Assembly (NCBI GenBank): GCA_902578135.1
Contig: CACHBU010000005.1
Span: forward strand, 827 to 64,826
DNA from: an uncultured Candidatus Actinomarina sp.
GTDB taxonomy: Bacteria > Actinomycetota > Acidimicrobiia > Actinomarinales > Actinomarinaceae
Direction: 5' to 3'
Length of the DNA: 64,000 bases
This document shows positions 1 through 10,206 of this stretch, in pieces. The notes below the pieces were generated by a model that saw nothing but the letters and a program-made list of their open reading frames with translations, did not search any database and was not told the origin of the DNA. Every line of letters begins with the position of its first letter. The first letter of the stretch is position 1. The position numbers were made by a program, and so were the translations under genes.

Positions 1-21
1 AAGATTCGGCCTACTTTTCAT
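1..21 (-). CDS. 5' end of a probable LivM-like ABC permease (runs off window)
   Basis: ATG overlaps the upstream TGA (ATGA coupling) and reads MKSRPNL; expected position after livH. Confidence 0.5.
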
Positions 22-938
22 ACTCTCTCAACTTCCTTAGTGCCGAATAAACCATCAGGTTTAAAGACTAAAATTAAAAACATAATTATATATGGTGCAA
101 CTAAAGAGAAGCCATTGCCGAGGGTTATTCCTGTTAAAATTTCAAATTCATATTGATAATAAGCAACGTAACCTTGTGTTAACCCAATAATTATTGAACC
201 AACAACTGCCCCAGGAATTGAATCTAATCCACCAATTACTACTGCTGGCAAAGCTCTCAAAGCAACAACAAAACTTGTTTGTGATAAAGTATTGAATCCT
301 CCAGTGATAAAAAATCCCGCAAAAGCTGCAAGAATTCCTGCAATAAACCAAACAAGCCCAAAAATTCTGCCGACGTTAATGCCCTGTGCCAGTGCTGCCT
401 CTTGATCAAAAGACGTGGCTCTCATAGCTACACCATATTTTGATACTCTGAAGAAAATATTTAACGAAAGGATAATCAAAATAGCAGTGCTTAACCCGGC
501 AATTTCCAAAAACTTTATTGTGACCCCTCCAATTTCTGTTGAACCAAAATTGCCAAATGTTGGAAATGGATCTCCCATATATCTTGGATTTAGACCTATC
601 CAATTATCTAAAGTAGTTCTCAATAAAATATCGATACCAATTGTCAATATAGCAACAGAAAATACTGGTTCTCCAACCATCGGTCTCAAAAAAGTTCTTT
701 CAACAATAAGTCCTATGACGCCTGTCAATGTAATTCCTATAATTAAAGATATCCAGAAAGGTATACCCCTATCTACAGCTAAAGAACTTATTAGTCCGGC
801 TCCTACCACTGCTAAAGCTGGTTGAGCAAAACTTAATACATCCATTGATTTATAAATTAAAACGAAACCTAAAGCAACTAATGAATATATAGCTGCCAGA
901 GACAATCCCTCAACTGTGGCTTGCAAAAATAATGTCAA
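18..938 (-). CDS. livH: Branched-chain amino acid-type ABC permease (LivH-like)
   Basis: GL..AAIYSLVALGFVLIY start, S.YGVAMRA..DQEAA, IGGLDSIPGA motifs. Confidence 0.9.
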   Translation of the reverse strand: MTLFLQATVEGLSLAAIYSLVALGFVLIYKSMDVLSFAQPALAVVGAGLISSLAVDRGIPFWISLIIGITLTGVIGLIVERTFLRPMVGEPVFSVAILTIGIDILLRTTLDNWIGLNPRYMGDPFPTFGNFGSTEIGGVTIKFLEIAGLSTAILIILSLNIFFRVSKYGVAMRATSFDQEAALAQGINVGRIFGLVWFIAGILAAFAGFFITGGFNTLSQTSFVVALRALPAVVIGGLDSIPGAVVGSIIIGLTQGYVAYYQYEFEILTGITLGNGFSLVAPYIIMFLILVFKPDGLFGTKEVERV

Positions 939-2785
939 GAATACATCTCCTCTATTAAGTCACTGAATTGATCAATCAAGACATTTCTTTTTACTTTTTG
1001 CGTAGCTGTAAGTTCCCCCTCTTCGTGATCAAGTTCTTTTGGAATCATTCGGAACTCTCTTACCTCTAATGATGATGTAAGCTCGTTAGCTTTTGAAATT
1101 TCTTTCCATACTAAATCTTTTACCTCTTGTTTTTCCGACAAGTCTCTATAAGTAGTATGTGGAATATTTTTTCTTAGAGCCCAATTTGATACAGTATCAA
1201 ACTCAATACCAATGAGAACAGATAGAAACTTTCGTCTATCACCGATTACAATTGCTTCTTTAATAAATGGAGAAACTTTAATTTTATTTTCAATTTCTGA
1301 AGGTGAGACATTTTTTCCACCACTGGTAATAATAATATCCCTTTTTCTATCAATTATTTTCACAAAATCACCTTCATAAATTCCTACATCCCCTGTGTGA
1401 AGCCATCCATCTTTATCAATTGTTTCACTTGTAGCTTGATCATCCTTGAAATAGCCTTTAAACACACCACCACTTCTTATTAATATTTCTCCATCATCAG
1501 CTAGCTTTAATTCAACACCGTGGGCTGGAATTCCAACAGTACCTATTTTTATATTTTCAGGACTGTTGCTAGTTGCATAAGCACAATTTTCTGTCATTCC
1601 ATAAGCTTCAAAAAGAGGAACGCCAATACTCATAAAAAATTTCAGCACTTCTGGAGCAATTGGGGCTGCTCCTGACGCAGCAAATTCCGCTCTTTGCAAA
1701 CCTAGTTTTTTTCTTAAGGTTCTAAAAGACAAAATATAGCCAATTGATAAAAGTATCTTTGCAAAAAAATCATCAAAGTTTTTATTTAGTTTTCTTTCTA
1801 CAGCAATATCACCTAAGTACATTGAGAATTTAAATAATATTCTTTTTAAAAACGAAGCATCTTTCATCCTAACAATTGCGCTAGTGTGCATCTTTTCCAA
1901 TATTCTTGGTACAGCTGGAAAAATTGTCGGCTGTATTTCTGCTAGATCTGCTTGAACTGTATCAATAGATTCGGCAAAATTTATGGTTGCCATTAAATGA
2001 ATACCGATTAATAAATCAATTAAGCGTCCAAAAACATGACAAAGTGGTAAGTAAGATAAAAATTGTGAGTCACCTTCACTTAAATTATTCGATATTGGGA
2101 AATACGGAAGCTGAGTAGCTACCCAACGTAAATTTCCATGTGTAATCATTGAACCTTTTGGAGGACCAGTAGTTCCAGAAGTATAAACCATTATGGCAAC
2201 GTCATCATCGTCAAGTTTTTTAATTTCATTTTCAACAAATTCTGGAAAAGCCTCAAATTCACTTTTACCAATATCTAAAAATTCAGCAAAATTCATCAAT
2301 TTAGGATGGTCGTAACTATACATTCCCTTGTTTTCAAAATAAACTATTTTTTCTAACTGTGGAAGTGAATCAATTACGTCTAATGCTTTATCAACCTGTT
2401 CTTGGTCTTCTGCAAATATTATTTTGCTATCAGAGTGTGAAAGAAGATACTCTACCTCTGCAGCAGGGTTAGTTGGATACAGGCCAACACTGACAGCTCC
2501 AATAGATTGAGCACCAATGTCTGCAAAAAACCACTCTGGTCGATTTTCAGATTGTATTGCTACTGATTCACCGCTTTCTACACCAAAAAAGCGTAACGCC
2601 ATTGATACATAATTTGACTTCAACCAAAAATCTTTATAAGTAGTTTCTTGCCAAATCCCGTACTCTTTATATCTCAAAGCTACTTTATCTGGGTGATCTT
2701 TAGATACTTCCATAACTTTTTCAGATGGTGTTCTTCCACCTTCATTTTTCAAAATTTCATAAATGTCATTCATCGTTAGTGCCAT
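935..2785 (-). CDS. Long-chain fatty acid-CoA ligase (AMP-binding)
   Basis: YTSGTTGPPKG, YGMTE, GWLHTGD; start moved to the ATG 9 nt after AGGAGG. Confidence 0.9.
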   Translation of the reverse strand: MALTMNDIYEILKNEGGRTPSEKVMEVSKDHPDKVALRYKEYGIWQETTYKDFWLKSNYVSMALRFFGVESGESVAIQSENRPEWFFADIGAQSIGAVSVGLYPTNPAAEVEYLLSHSDSKIIFAEDQEQVDKALDVIDSLPQLEKIVYFENKGMYSYDHPKLMNFAEFLDIGKSEFEAFPEFVENEIKKLDDDDVAIMVYTSGTTGPPKGSMITHGNLRWVATQLPYFPISNNLSEGDSQFLSYLPLCHVFGRLIDLLIGIHLMATINFAESIDTVQADLAEIQPTIFPAVPRILEKMHTSAIVRMKDASFLKRILFKFSMYLGDIAVERKLNKNFDDFFAKILLSIGYILSFRTLRKKLGLQRAEFAASGAAPIAPEVLKFFMSIGVPLFEAYGMTENCAYATSNSPENIKIGTVGIPAHGVELKLADDGEILIRSGGVFKGYFKDDQATSETIDKDGWLHTGDVGIYEGDFVKIIDRKRDIIITSGGKNVSPSEIENKIKVSPFIKEAIVIGDRRKFLSVLIGIEFDTVSNWALRKNIPHTTYRDLSEKQEVKDLVWKEISKANELTSSLEVREFRMIPKELDHEEGELTATQKVKRNVLIDQFSDLIEEMYS

Positions 2786-2787
2786 AA

Positions 2788-3552
2788 TCACTTACCTCCT
2801 AAATATGCCTCAATTACATTTTCATTAGAAACAATTTCTTTTGGTGTTCCCTCAGCCAATTTTTCTCCAAAATTTAAAACCATAACCTTTTGTGCAATAT
2901 CCATAACCATATTCATATCATGATCTACAAGTATAATTGTCTTGTTTCTTTCTTCATGTAAGTCAATTATGAATCGAGCAATATCTTCGGTTTCTTCACT
3001 ATTCATACCTGCAGCTGGTTCATCGAGCAATACTAGATCTGGATTCATTGCTAAAGCTCTACCTAGCTCAACTCTCTTTTGAACACCATACGGAAGAGAT
3101 AGGATATAAGAATATCTATATTGTTCAATTTCAAGGAAATCGATTATATCCTCCGCAATTTCTCTAGCTTCTTTTTCATAATTTCTTACTTTTTTTGTAT
3201 AAAAAAGGCTTGAGATTGCACCATAATCTAATTGCCTATGAGCACCAAACAAAATGTTATCAATTACGGTCATGTTTTCAAAAAGTTCAATATTTTGAAA
3301 AGTTCTTGCTATACCAAGGTTGGCAACTTGATCTGGTCTTAGCTCTTGAATTGAAGTCGAACCATAACTCACACCGCCTTCTGTCGGTCTATAAATTCCA
3401 CTAATACAATTAAATATCGAAGTTTTCCCTGCACCATTTGGACCAATGATTGCATAAAGCTCACCAGGTTTAACTTCAAAGCTTACTGAGTTAAGAGCTG
3501 TTATACCACCAAATTTTAAAGTTACATTTTTAAAGCTTAAAGTTTGACTCAT
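2788..3552 (-). CDS. livG: ABC ATP-binding protein (LivG-like)
   Basis: GPNGAGKT, GIARTFQN, LLDEPAAG; ATGA overlap with upstream stop. Confidence 0.9.
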   Translation of the reverse strand: MSQTLSFKNVTLKFGGITALNSVSFEVKPGELYAIIGPNGAGKTSIFNCISGIYRPTEGGVSYGSTSIQELRPDQVANLGIARTFQNIELFENMTVIDNILFGAHRQLDYGAISSLFYTKKVRNYEKEAREIAEDIIDFLEIEQYRYSYILSLPYGVQKRVELGRALAMNPDLVLLDEPAAGMNSEETEDIARFIIDLHEERNKTIILVDHDMNMVMDIAQKVMVLNFGEKLAEGTPKEIVSNENVIEAYLGGK

Positions 3553-4337
3553 GATAGCCACCGTTTTTTTCTCTTATAATGTTTAACTTCTTTAAATGAT
3601 TTTCTTTTTGTGCCTTCTGCATTCAGACCTAGGTAGAACTCTCTGACATCTTCATCATTTAGAAGTTTTTCGCTATCATTATCCATTACAATGTTTCCTG
3701 TTTCCATAATGTAGCCATGATCTGAAATATTTAATGCCATATTTGCATTTTGCTCAACAAGGAGTACAGTCACTCCTTGATTATTTATCTCTTGTATTAA
3801 CTCTGCAATTTGATCAACTAATTTAGGAGCTAGCCCCAAACTTGGTTCATCAAGTAATAGATATTCGGGTTCAGACATCAGCGCTCTACCTATAGCTAAC
3901 ATTTGTTGTTCTCCCCCGGAAAGATATCCTGCTTCACCTTTTTGTCTATCTTTCAAGGCTGGAAACATTTCGAGGACTCTATCAATATTGTTTTGAATAT
4001 TAGCACTATTAGTGTGGCCACCTAAACGAAGATTCTCAGTAACAGTTAACTCGGAAAATATTCTTCTGCCCTCCATAACTTGGGCAATTCCTTTTTCTAC
4101 TATTTTTGACGGATTTAAATTAGTTATATCTTCACCGTCAAGATTGACGCTTCCCTTTGTTATATCCCCATTTTGGATATCTAATAGTCCAGTTATAGAC
4201 CTTATTACCGTTGTTTTTCCAGAACCATTGCTTCCAAGCAAAGCTACTATTTTACCTTTTGGTATTTCAAAGGAAATACCCCTGAGAACTAAAATTACAT
4301 CTTGATATACAACTTCTAAGTTTTTAACAGATAACAT
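3549..4337 (-). CDS. livF: ABC ATP-binding protein (LivF-like)
   Basis: GSNGSGKT, LSGGEQQMLA, LLDEPSLGLAP, VEQN. Confidence 0.9.
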   Translation of the reverse strand: MLSVKNLEVVYQDVILVLRGISFEIPKGKIVALLGSNGSGKTTVIRSITGLLDIQNGDITKGSVNLDGEDITNLNPSKIVEKGIAQVMEGRRIFSELTVTENLRLGGHTNSANIQNNIDRVLEMFPALKDRQKGEAGYLSGGEQQMLAIGRALMSEPEYLLLDEPSLGLAPKLVDQIAELIQEINNQGVTVLLVEQNANMALNISDHGYIMETGNIVMDNDSEKLLNDEDVREFYLGLNAEGTKRKSFKEVKHYKRKKRWLS

Positions 4338-4469
4338 TTACCTTTTAACTTTAAGGAAACGTAAAACATTTTTCAACTTATAGATGATTTAAAGCAACAA
4401 AGCTTGAAACCTTTTAAAAAATTTGTTTTGTAATATTAGTTAGAATCTTTCCATATTTAATATGTATGT

Positions 4470-5678
4470 ATGGAAGAAGACAATTATTCTCAACAAGAAT
4501 TATTTGAACAAAGAAAATATATTTCGGATCTAATTGAAGAAAAAACTGAAAAGAAAAAAAGTTCTTTAAATGTTGTAATTGGCTCAGCTCTGCTTTCAAG
4601 TGGTATTGTTATAGGATTTTTATTTTTATTTGGTCTTTTTGAAGAAGAAGAAATCGTCTTACCAGAACCAATAACAATTACTGAGACTATCAAAGAAAAA
4701 GAATTAGTAATGCCAAGAGTAGATTCAACTGAGGTTGTTTCAATAGCTGAACTGGCTACAAAGACAATAGTCCAAGTTCAAGTTGGTACATTGACTGAAG
4801 ATGGAGAGTTTCTATCAGCCGGTGGAGGTTCAGGAGTTGTAATAACTAATGATGGTCTTATAATGACGAATCACCATGTTATCGATAATTCCACTGAAGT
4901 CCGAGTTATTTTTGAAGATGGGCGAATGTACGAAGCAAACATAATTGGTTCTGACAGATTGACTGATATCGGGCTTGTAAAGATTGCAGCTTCAAATTTG
5001 ATATCTATAGCAATTGGTAATAGCGATAAAATGTTAGTCGGTGATCTAGCAGTTGCCATTGGACATCCTCTTACACTAGGTGCTGCACCTACAGTAACTA
5101 CTGGTGTTGTTTCTGCGCTTGAAAGAAGATTGGATGTTGGTGGTGATGTTATGGGAACTTCAGTGACTTTGTTTGGACTTATACAAACTGATGCCCCTAT
5201 AACTAGAGGGTCTAGTGGAGGCGCTCTTATAAACAAAAATGGAGAATTAATTGGTATTACTACTGCAATCGCAACAGCAGATGTTGGTGCTGAAGGGTTG
5301 GGCTTTGCTGTACCTGTAAATCTTGCATTAAACATTGCAGAAGGTTTGTTAAAAGATGGAAAAATTCTTCATGCTTTTCTTGGAATTTTAGGAGCTCAGC
5401 ATTTTGATATTGCAGAAGATGGTGCAAGAGTATTCTCAGGAGTCTTTATACAAGAACTCTATGGTCCTGGAGGCGAAATATTCGCTATAGGAAAAGCTGG
5501 AGCACTACCGGGTGATGTTATAAAAAAAATAAATGGTGAAACAGTAAAAACACTCGATGGTCTGATCACAATTTTAAGAACAAAAAGAGCTGGTGAACAA
5601 GTGGAGATTGAAATACTGAGAGAATCACAGGCAATTACACTTGTTTTTGAATTGGATTTACGTCCATCTGACGTCTAA
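4470..5678 (+). CDS. HtrA/DegP-family serine protease, N-terminal TM, C-terminal PDZ
   Basis: GSGV, TNHHV, TDIGLVK, IQTDAPITRGSSGG. Confidence 0.9.
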   Translation: MEEDNYSQQELFEQRKYISDLIEEKTEKKKSSLNVVIGSALLSSGIVIGFLFLFGLFEEEEIVLPEPITITETIKEKELVMPRVDSTEVVSIAELATKTIVQVQVGTLTEDGEFLSAGGGSGVVITNDGLIMTNHHVIDNSTEVRVIFEDGRMYEANIIGSDRLTDIGLVKIAASNLISIAIGNSDKMLVGDLAVAIGHPLTLGAAPTVTTGVVSALERRLDVGGDVMGTSVTLFGLIQTDAPITRGSSGGALINKNGELIGITTAIATADVGAEGLGFAVPVNLALNIAEGLLKDGKILHAFLGILGAQHFDIAEDGARVFSGVFIQELYGPGGEIFAIGKAGALPGDVIKKINGETVKTLDGLITILRTKRAGEQVEIEILRESQAITLVFELDLRPSDV

Positions 5679-6718
5679 TGTCTGACGATCTTTTTTCCCA
5701 ACTATTTAATCTATTCAATAATGATGATGGAGATGTAAATTGGCAATTGGCTGAACAAATTAATAACCATATTAATAAAGATATTCAAGAGGATAGATTG
5801 CTCTCTAATTCAGACTTAAATTATCAAGAAATATTCAGAGTAATTGAACTGAGCCAAGAATCTTCTATAAAAAATGAGTTCGCACCATTGGAAATTTCGA
5901 TTATGGATTCAAAAAAGTATGGAACTTGGTTTCTTAATTCCATTAAGCACTTTGATTTTTCTGAACTTCAAATGTTTGAAGGTTTACCTGCAGGAATCGG
6001 AGGTGCTCAATCATCATTAATAGGTATGCAATTAGGTAACATTGCTGGATTTTTAAGTAAGAACACTTGGGGTCTTAGCCATTTTGGTATTATTCTTCCA
6101 AGAAATAGTTCTCTTGCAATAAATAAAAATAATTTTGATTTAAGAATAAGTCAATTTTCAATCGATGAAAAGGAAGCAACAATTGCGTTAATGCTTCTAG
6201 AATATATAACCCTAACTCTTGGTGAGCACACAGCTCCATTCAATTACTTGCTGAAACAAATGAAAAAAAGTAATGAAAACCTTTTAGCAAACATAAAAGA
6301 TATTGAACCAAATTTTGACCCAAGTAATTTTTCTAATCCTGAAGACCTCATGAATAACATGCCTGAATTGAATAACTTTGACATTGACTCAATGCTTGAT
6401 GTTATTTTTGCACCACTCAGTTTTTATAGATCAGTAATCAAGCACTCTGCAAAAAATTTAATTGATTTTATTGACCCAAGTGTAATTGATCTAATTATGG
6501 ACTTAAGCCTAGTCGCCAACCAAGGACCCGGTAGTGATTTCGAATCAAAAATCTCTAAATATGATGAAAAGTCTGATTCCTTTATCACATTCCTAGACGA
6601 ATCAAAAAATGAATTAGGATTAAATGAAATAATTTCAAACATAGATCTTATTCCTTCAGTTGATGAATTAGATGATCCAATTTCTTGGGCAGCTAGGACT
6701 TCATTGCCACCTATTTAA
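5678..6718 (+). CDS. Divergent actinobacterial zincin-like (DUF2342-type) protein
   Basis: VNWQLA start, GMQLG..AGFLS..TWG..HFGI, LIPSVDELDDPISWAAR end; metal motif not evident. Confidence 0.6.
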   Translation: MSDDLFSQLFNLFNNDDGDVNWQLAEQINNHINKDIQEDRLLSNSDLNYQEIFRVIELSQESSIKNEFAPLEISIMDSKKYGTWFLNSIKHFDFSELQMFEGLPAGIGGAQSSLIGMQLGNIAGFLSKNTWGLSHFGIILPRNSSLAINKNNFDLRISQFSIDEKEATIALMLLEYITLTLGEHTAPFNYLLKQMKKSNENLLANIKDIEPNFDPSNFSNPEDLMNNMPELNNFDIDSMLDVIFAPLSFYRSVIKHSAKNLIDFIDPSVIDLIMDLSLVANQGPGSDFESKISKYDEKSDSFITFLDESKNELGLNEIISNIDLIPSVDELDDPISWAARTSLPPI

Positions 6719-6761
6719 TTCAAACTTAGCTATGATAACTTTAGTAAGAAAGGATTAAAAA

Positions 6762-7217
6762 ATGTCATTAAATATCGGAGATAAAATTCCAGAATTTGAA
6801 TTATTCAATTATGACAAAACAAAACACAGCGACAAAGATTTCTTGGGTCAAAAAACAATGTTTGTTTTTATGCCATTCCCATATAGTAGTGTTTGTGATA
6901 AAGAAATATGCGAATTACGTGATTATCAAGAATCTTTTTTGAAAGACGATACAAATACAATACTTATAACGGTAGGTGCAAGTCCCACTAATGGATCATG
7001 GGCCGCACACCATAATATTGAATTCCCAATTTTGTCAGACTTTTGGCCTCATGGTGAAGTTGCCAAGAAATTTGGTTGCTTTCACGAGGGAGCTGGTATT
7101 TCTTTGAGGTATACATATATAACAGATGAAGAAAACACTATTACTGAAATAATAAAAAGCGATGAAATTGGCGTTGAAAGAGACTTCAGCGAATATTCTG
7201 AAAGTTTTAGTCTCTAA
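6762..7217 (+). CDS. Peroxiredoxin, AhpE-like
   Basis: PxxxSxxC (PFPYSSVC), ILSDFWPHGEVA. Confidence 0.85.
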   Translation: MSLNIGDKIPEFELFNYDKTKHSDKDFLGQKTMFVFMPFPYSSVCDKEICELRDYQESFLKDDTNTILITVGASPTNGSWAAHHNIEFPILSDFWPHGEVAKKFGCFHEGAGISLRYTYITDEENTITEIIKSDEIGVERDFSEYSESFSL

Positions 7218-7495
7218 CCTACGTCTCTAATATCAAATTCTGCTTCACGCTGCCTTTTAATTCGCCTGCGTTCGCGCTCTGATAGGCCGCCCCAAATTCC
7301 GAATTTTTCAGAGTTCTCTACTGCATACTCTAAGCATTGGTCTTGGACGGTGCATGCTCTACAAACTGCTTTAGCTTTTCTAGTAGAAGCTCCTCTTTCT
7401 GGAAAAAATAAATCTGCATCTGACCCTTTACAATTTGCCTCTTCTGTCCACGATGGCATCCCGCCGATTAAGTCTTCTACTATTGATTGCTCCAC
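7214..7495 (-). CDS. whiB: WhiB-family Fe-S regulator (WhiB/WhiB2 type)
   Basis: Four Cys, FFPERG, GIWGGLSERERR; AAGGAG before GTG. Confidence 0.93.
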   Translation of the reverse strand: MEQSIVEDLIGGMPSWTEEANCKGSDADLFFPERGASTRKAKAVCRACTVQDQCLEYAVENSEKFGIWGGLSERERRRIKRQREAEFDIRDVG

Positions 7496-7510
7496 CCGTA
7501 CTCCTTAAAG

Positions 7511-7555
7511 TAAATTACATATGTGTAATTTATTACAGGAACATAAAAATGTCAA
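7511..7555 (-). promoter_or_regulatory. whiB promoter TTGACA-N17-TAAATT overlapped by a 9-bp-arm palindrome
   Basis: TTGACA 7555-7550, TAAATT 7532-7527; TAAATTACA-tatg-TGTAATTTA at 7511-7532. Confidence 0.65.
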
Positions 7556-7610
7556 GAGGTGAATTGTCTAATTAATTTATAGTTATTTTTCCAATGTAGG
7601 ATAATTAATT

Positions 7611-8069
7611 ATGGCTTATCAGGAAATCGTTTCTACTGGTTCTGTTTATAAAGGCAGGACTAGCATGTGGTTATATCTTTTTCATCGAATCACTGGTGTT
7701 GCGTTATTTGGTTATTTACTTTTACATATTATTTCTACCGCATTAATACTTGCGGGCCCCGAAATATATGAAGGTGCAGAAGCAATATACAAAAACTTTT
7801 ATTTTAGACTTGGCGAGGTTGGTTTAATGGCTGCAGTATTAGCTCATGCAATAAATGGATTAAGAATCATCACTGTCGATCTTTGGAAAAAAGGATCAGA
7901 TTATCAAAAATCTCTTAACGCTGTTGCGTTGCTAATTTTTATTGGAATTTTTGTTCCAACGACTTATAGAATGATAACTTCATATTTTGATATTTGTATT
8001 GAAAAAAGTTCACCTGGAACAACAGTAGTTGACTGTATGGTACGACCATTGCCAGATTGGAAATCATAA
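7611..8069 (+). CDS. sdhC: Succinate dehydrogenase cytochrome b subunit
   Basis: HRITG, HAINGLRI; operon context. Confidence 0.92.
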   Translation: MAYQEIVSTGSVYKGRTSMWLYLFHRITGVALFGYLLLHIISTALILAGPEIYEGAEAIYKNFYFRLGEVGLMAAVLAHAINGLRIITVDLWKKGSDYQKSLNAVALLIFIGIFVPTTYRMITSYFDICIEKSSPGTTVVDCMVRPLPDWKS

Positions 8070-8467
8070 TGCAGAATACAACTAGAACTGACTGGGGAAG
8101 AAGACAACCGCCTATTGGTGGAAGTAATTTTGAATTATATGCATGGTTTTTCATGAGAGTAAGTGGTTTATTTCTGGTTTTATTAGCTGCTGGACATATG
8201 TTTATTATGCATGTATTTAATGATACGCTTAATCTTGATTATGAATTTGTTGCTGCCAGATGGGATACCCCTTATTGGAGAACTTTTGATTGGCTTTTAC
8301 TCGCTTTAAGTATTCTTCATGGAACAAATGGATTAAGAATAGTTATGCACGACAACATAGCAAACAAACTCAATAGAAGCCTTGCTTTATATAGTTTGTA
8401 TTTTGTATCAACAGCGTTTTTTATATTAGGTACATATGTTTTAGTAGCATTTGTGAGGCAGGTATGA
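8069..8467 (+). CDS. sdhD: Succinate dehydrogenase membrane anchor
   Basis: W.FMRVSG, HGTNGLR; TAATG coupling to sdhC. Confidence 0.9.
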   Translation: MQNTTRTDWGRRQPPIGGSNFELYAWFFMRVSGLFLVLLAAGHMFIMHVFNDTLNLDYEFVAARWDTPYWRTFDWLLLALSILHGTNGLRIVMHDNIANKLNRSLALYSLYFVSTAFFILGTYVLVAFVRQV

Positions 8468-10206
8468 AAATAATCAAGCATTCTTTTGATGGAGTGATCG
8501 TTGGTGCTGGTGGAGCAGGTCTTAGAGCTGCGATTGAAGCAGCACCCCATATGAAGTTAGCTGTGATAACAAAACTATATCCAACAAGATCACACACTGG
8601 TGCAGCCCAAGGTGGTATGAGTGCCGCATTAGCAAATGTAGAAGAAGATAATTGGAACTGGCATGCATTTGATACAGTGAAAGGATCAGACTACTTAGCA
8701 GATCAACCAGCTGTAGATATTTTGTGTAAAGAAGCGATTGATTCTGTAGTTGAGTTAGAACATTGGGGACTTCCATTTAGTAGATTAGAAAATGGCAAGA
8801 TTGCTCAAAGAAGGTTTGGAGGACATACCGTTAAAGAAGGTGAGGCACCAGCTTTTAGAGCCTGTTATGCAGCAGACAGAACTGGTCATATGATTCTGCA
8901 AACTTTATATCAGAAATGCGTTTCCATGGGAGTAACCTTTTTTGACGAATTTCAAGTTTTAGATATAAAAATTGATGACGGAGTTTGTAAAGGTGTCGTA
9001 GCTTATGAAATTGCAACCGGTGATATACACATATTTGAAGCCAGAGCAGTTACATTCGCTACTGGTGGTTTTGGAAAAATATACAAGGTTAGTTCCAATG
9101 CCCACTCATTAACAGGTGACGGTCCGGGAATTTTATATCAGAAAGGCATACCGTTAGAAGACATGGAATTCTACCAGTTCCACCCAACAGGAATATATCG
9201 ACTTGGAATACTATTGTCAGAAGCTGCAAGAGGTGAGGGTGGAATCTTAAGAAATAAAGACGGTGAAAGGTTTATGGAAAGATATGCACCATCAATTAAA
9301 GATCTCGCACCAAGAGATATGGTATCAAGAGCTATCGCAACTGAGATAAGTGAAGGTAACGGAGCAGGACCAAACAATGATTTCGTATATTTAGATTTAA
9401 CACATTTGGGAGCAGAAACAATAAAACAGAAATTGCCTGATATAACAGATTTCGTTAGGACATATGTGAAAATTGAACCAATAGATGAGCCAATTCCAGT
9501 TCAACCAACAGCTCATTACGCTATGGGAGGTATTCCTACTGATGTAGATGCGAGAGTTTTAAGCGATGCTCAAGGAACAATCCTTCCAGGTGTATATTCA
9601 GCGGGAGAATCTGCCTGTGTAAGCGTTCATGGTGCAAATAGATTAGGCACAAATTCCCTACTAGATATAGTGGTTTTTGGTAAAAGAGCAGGTCAAAGCA
9701 TGGTTGACTATGTTTCTTCTACAAAACCATTTTCTTTATCTGAAAATGCTGGCGAAGACCTAAAAAATAAGATAAGTAACTTCATTGATAAAGAACATGA
9801 TCCTAATTTTTCAGTAGCAAAAATAAGAGAAGAGCTTCAAGATTCAATGGAAGAAAATGCCAAAATTTTCAGATCTGAAGAAAGTTTAACAAAACAGACT
9901 GAAATTTTGTCAGACTTAAGAGATAGATACCAAAATGTTACTATTTCTGACAAAGGAAAAGTTTTTAATACAGAGTTGTTAGAAGCAATTGAGCTAGAGT
10001 ACTTATTAGATATGTCAGACACAACCGTTGCTAGCGCTTTGGAAAGAAAAGAAAGTCGTGGAGCACATTCAAGAGTAGATCATGTTGAAAGAGACGATTC
10101 AAATTGGTTAAAACATTCATTCGCATTTAAGAATGGTGACTCAGTTAAACTTGATTATAAAGATGTTGAACTTGGTAACTATGAACCAAAAGAAAGAAAA
10201 TATTAA
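8464..10206 (+). CDS. sdhA: Succinate dehydrogenase flavoprotein
   Basis: GAGGAG, RSHTGAAQGG, HGANRLG, ESRGAH. Confidence 0.97.
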   Translation: MKIIKHSFDGVIVGAGGAGLRAAIEAAPHMKLAVITKLYPTRSHTGAAQGGMSAALANVEEDNWNWHAFDTVKGSDYLADQPAVDILCKEAIDSVVELEHWGLPFSRLENGKIAQRRFGGHTVKEGEAPAFRACYAADRTGHMILQTLYQKCVSMGVTFFDEFQVLDIKIDDGVCKGVVAYEIATGDIHIFEARAVTFATGGFGKIYKVSSNAHSLTGDGPGILYQKGIPLEDMEFYQFHPTGIYRLGILLSEAARGEGGILRNKDGERFMERYAPSIKDLAPRDMVSRAIATEISEGNGAGPNNDFVYLDLTHLGAETIKQKLPDITDFVRTYVKIEPIDEPIPVQPTAHYAMGGIPTDVDARVLSDAQGTILPGVYSAGESACVSVHGANRLGTNSLLDIVVFGKRAGQSMVDYVSSTKPFSLSENAGEDLKNKISNFIDKEHDPNFSVAKIREELQDSMEENAKIFRSEESLTKQTEILSDLRDRYQNVTISDKGKVFNTELLEAIELEYLLDMSDTTVASALERKESRGAHSRVDHVERDDSNWLKHSFAFKNGDSVKLDYKDVELGNYEPKERKY

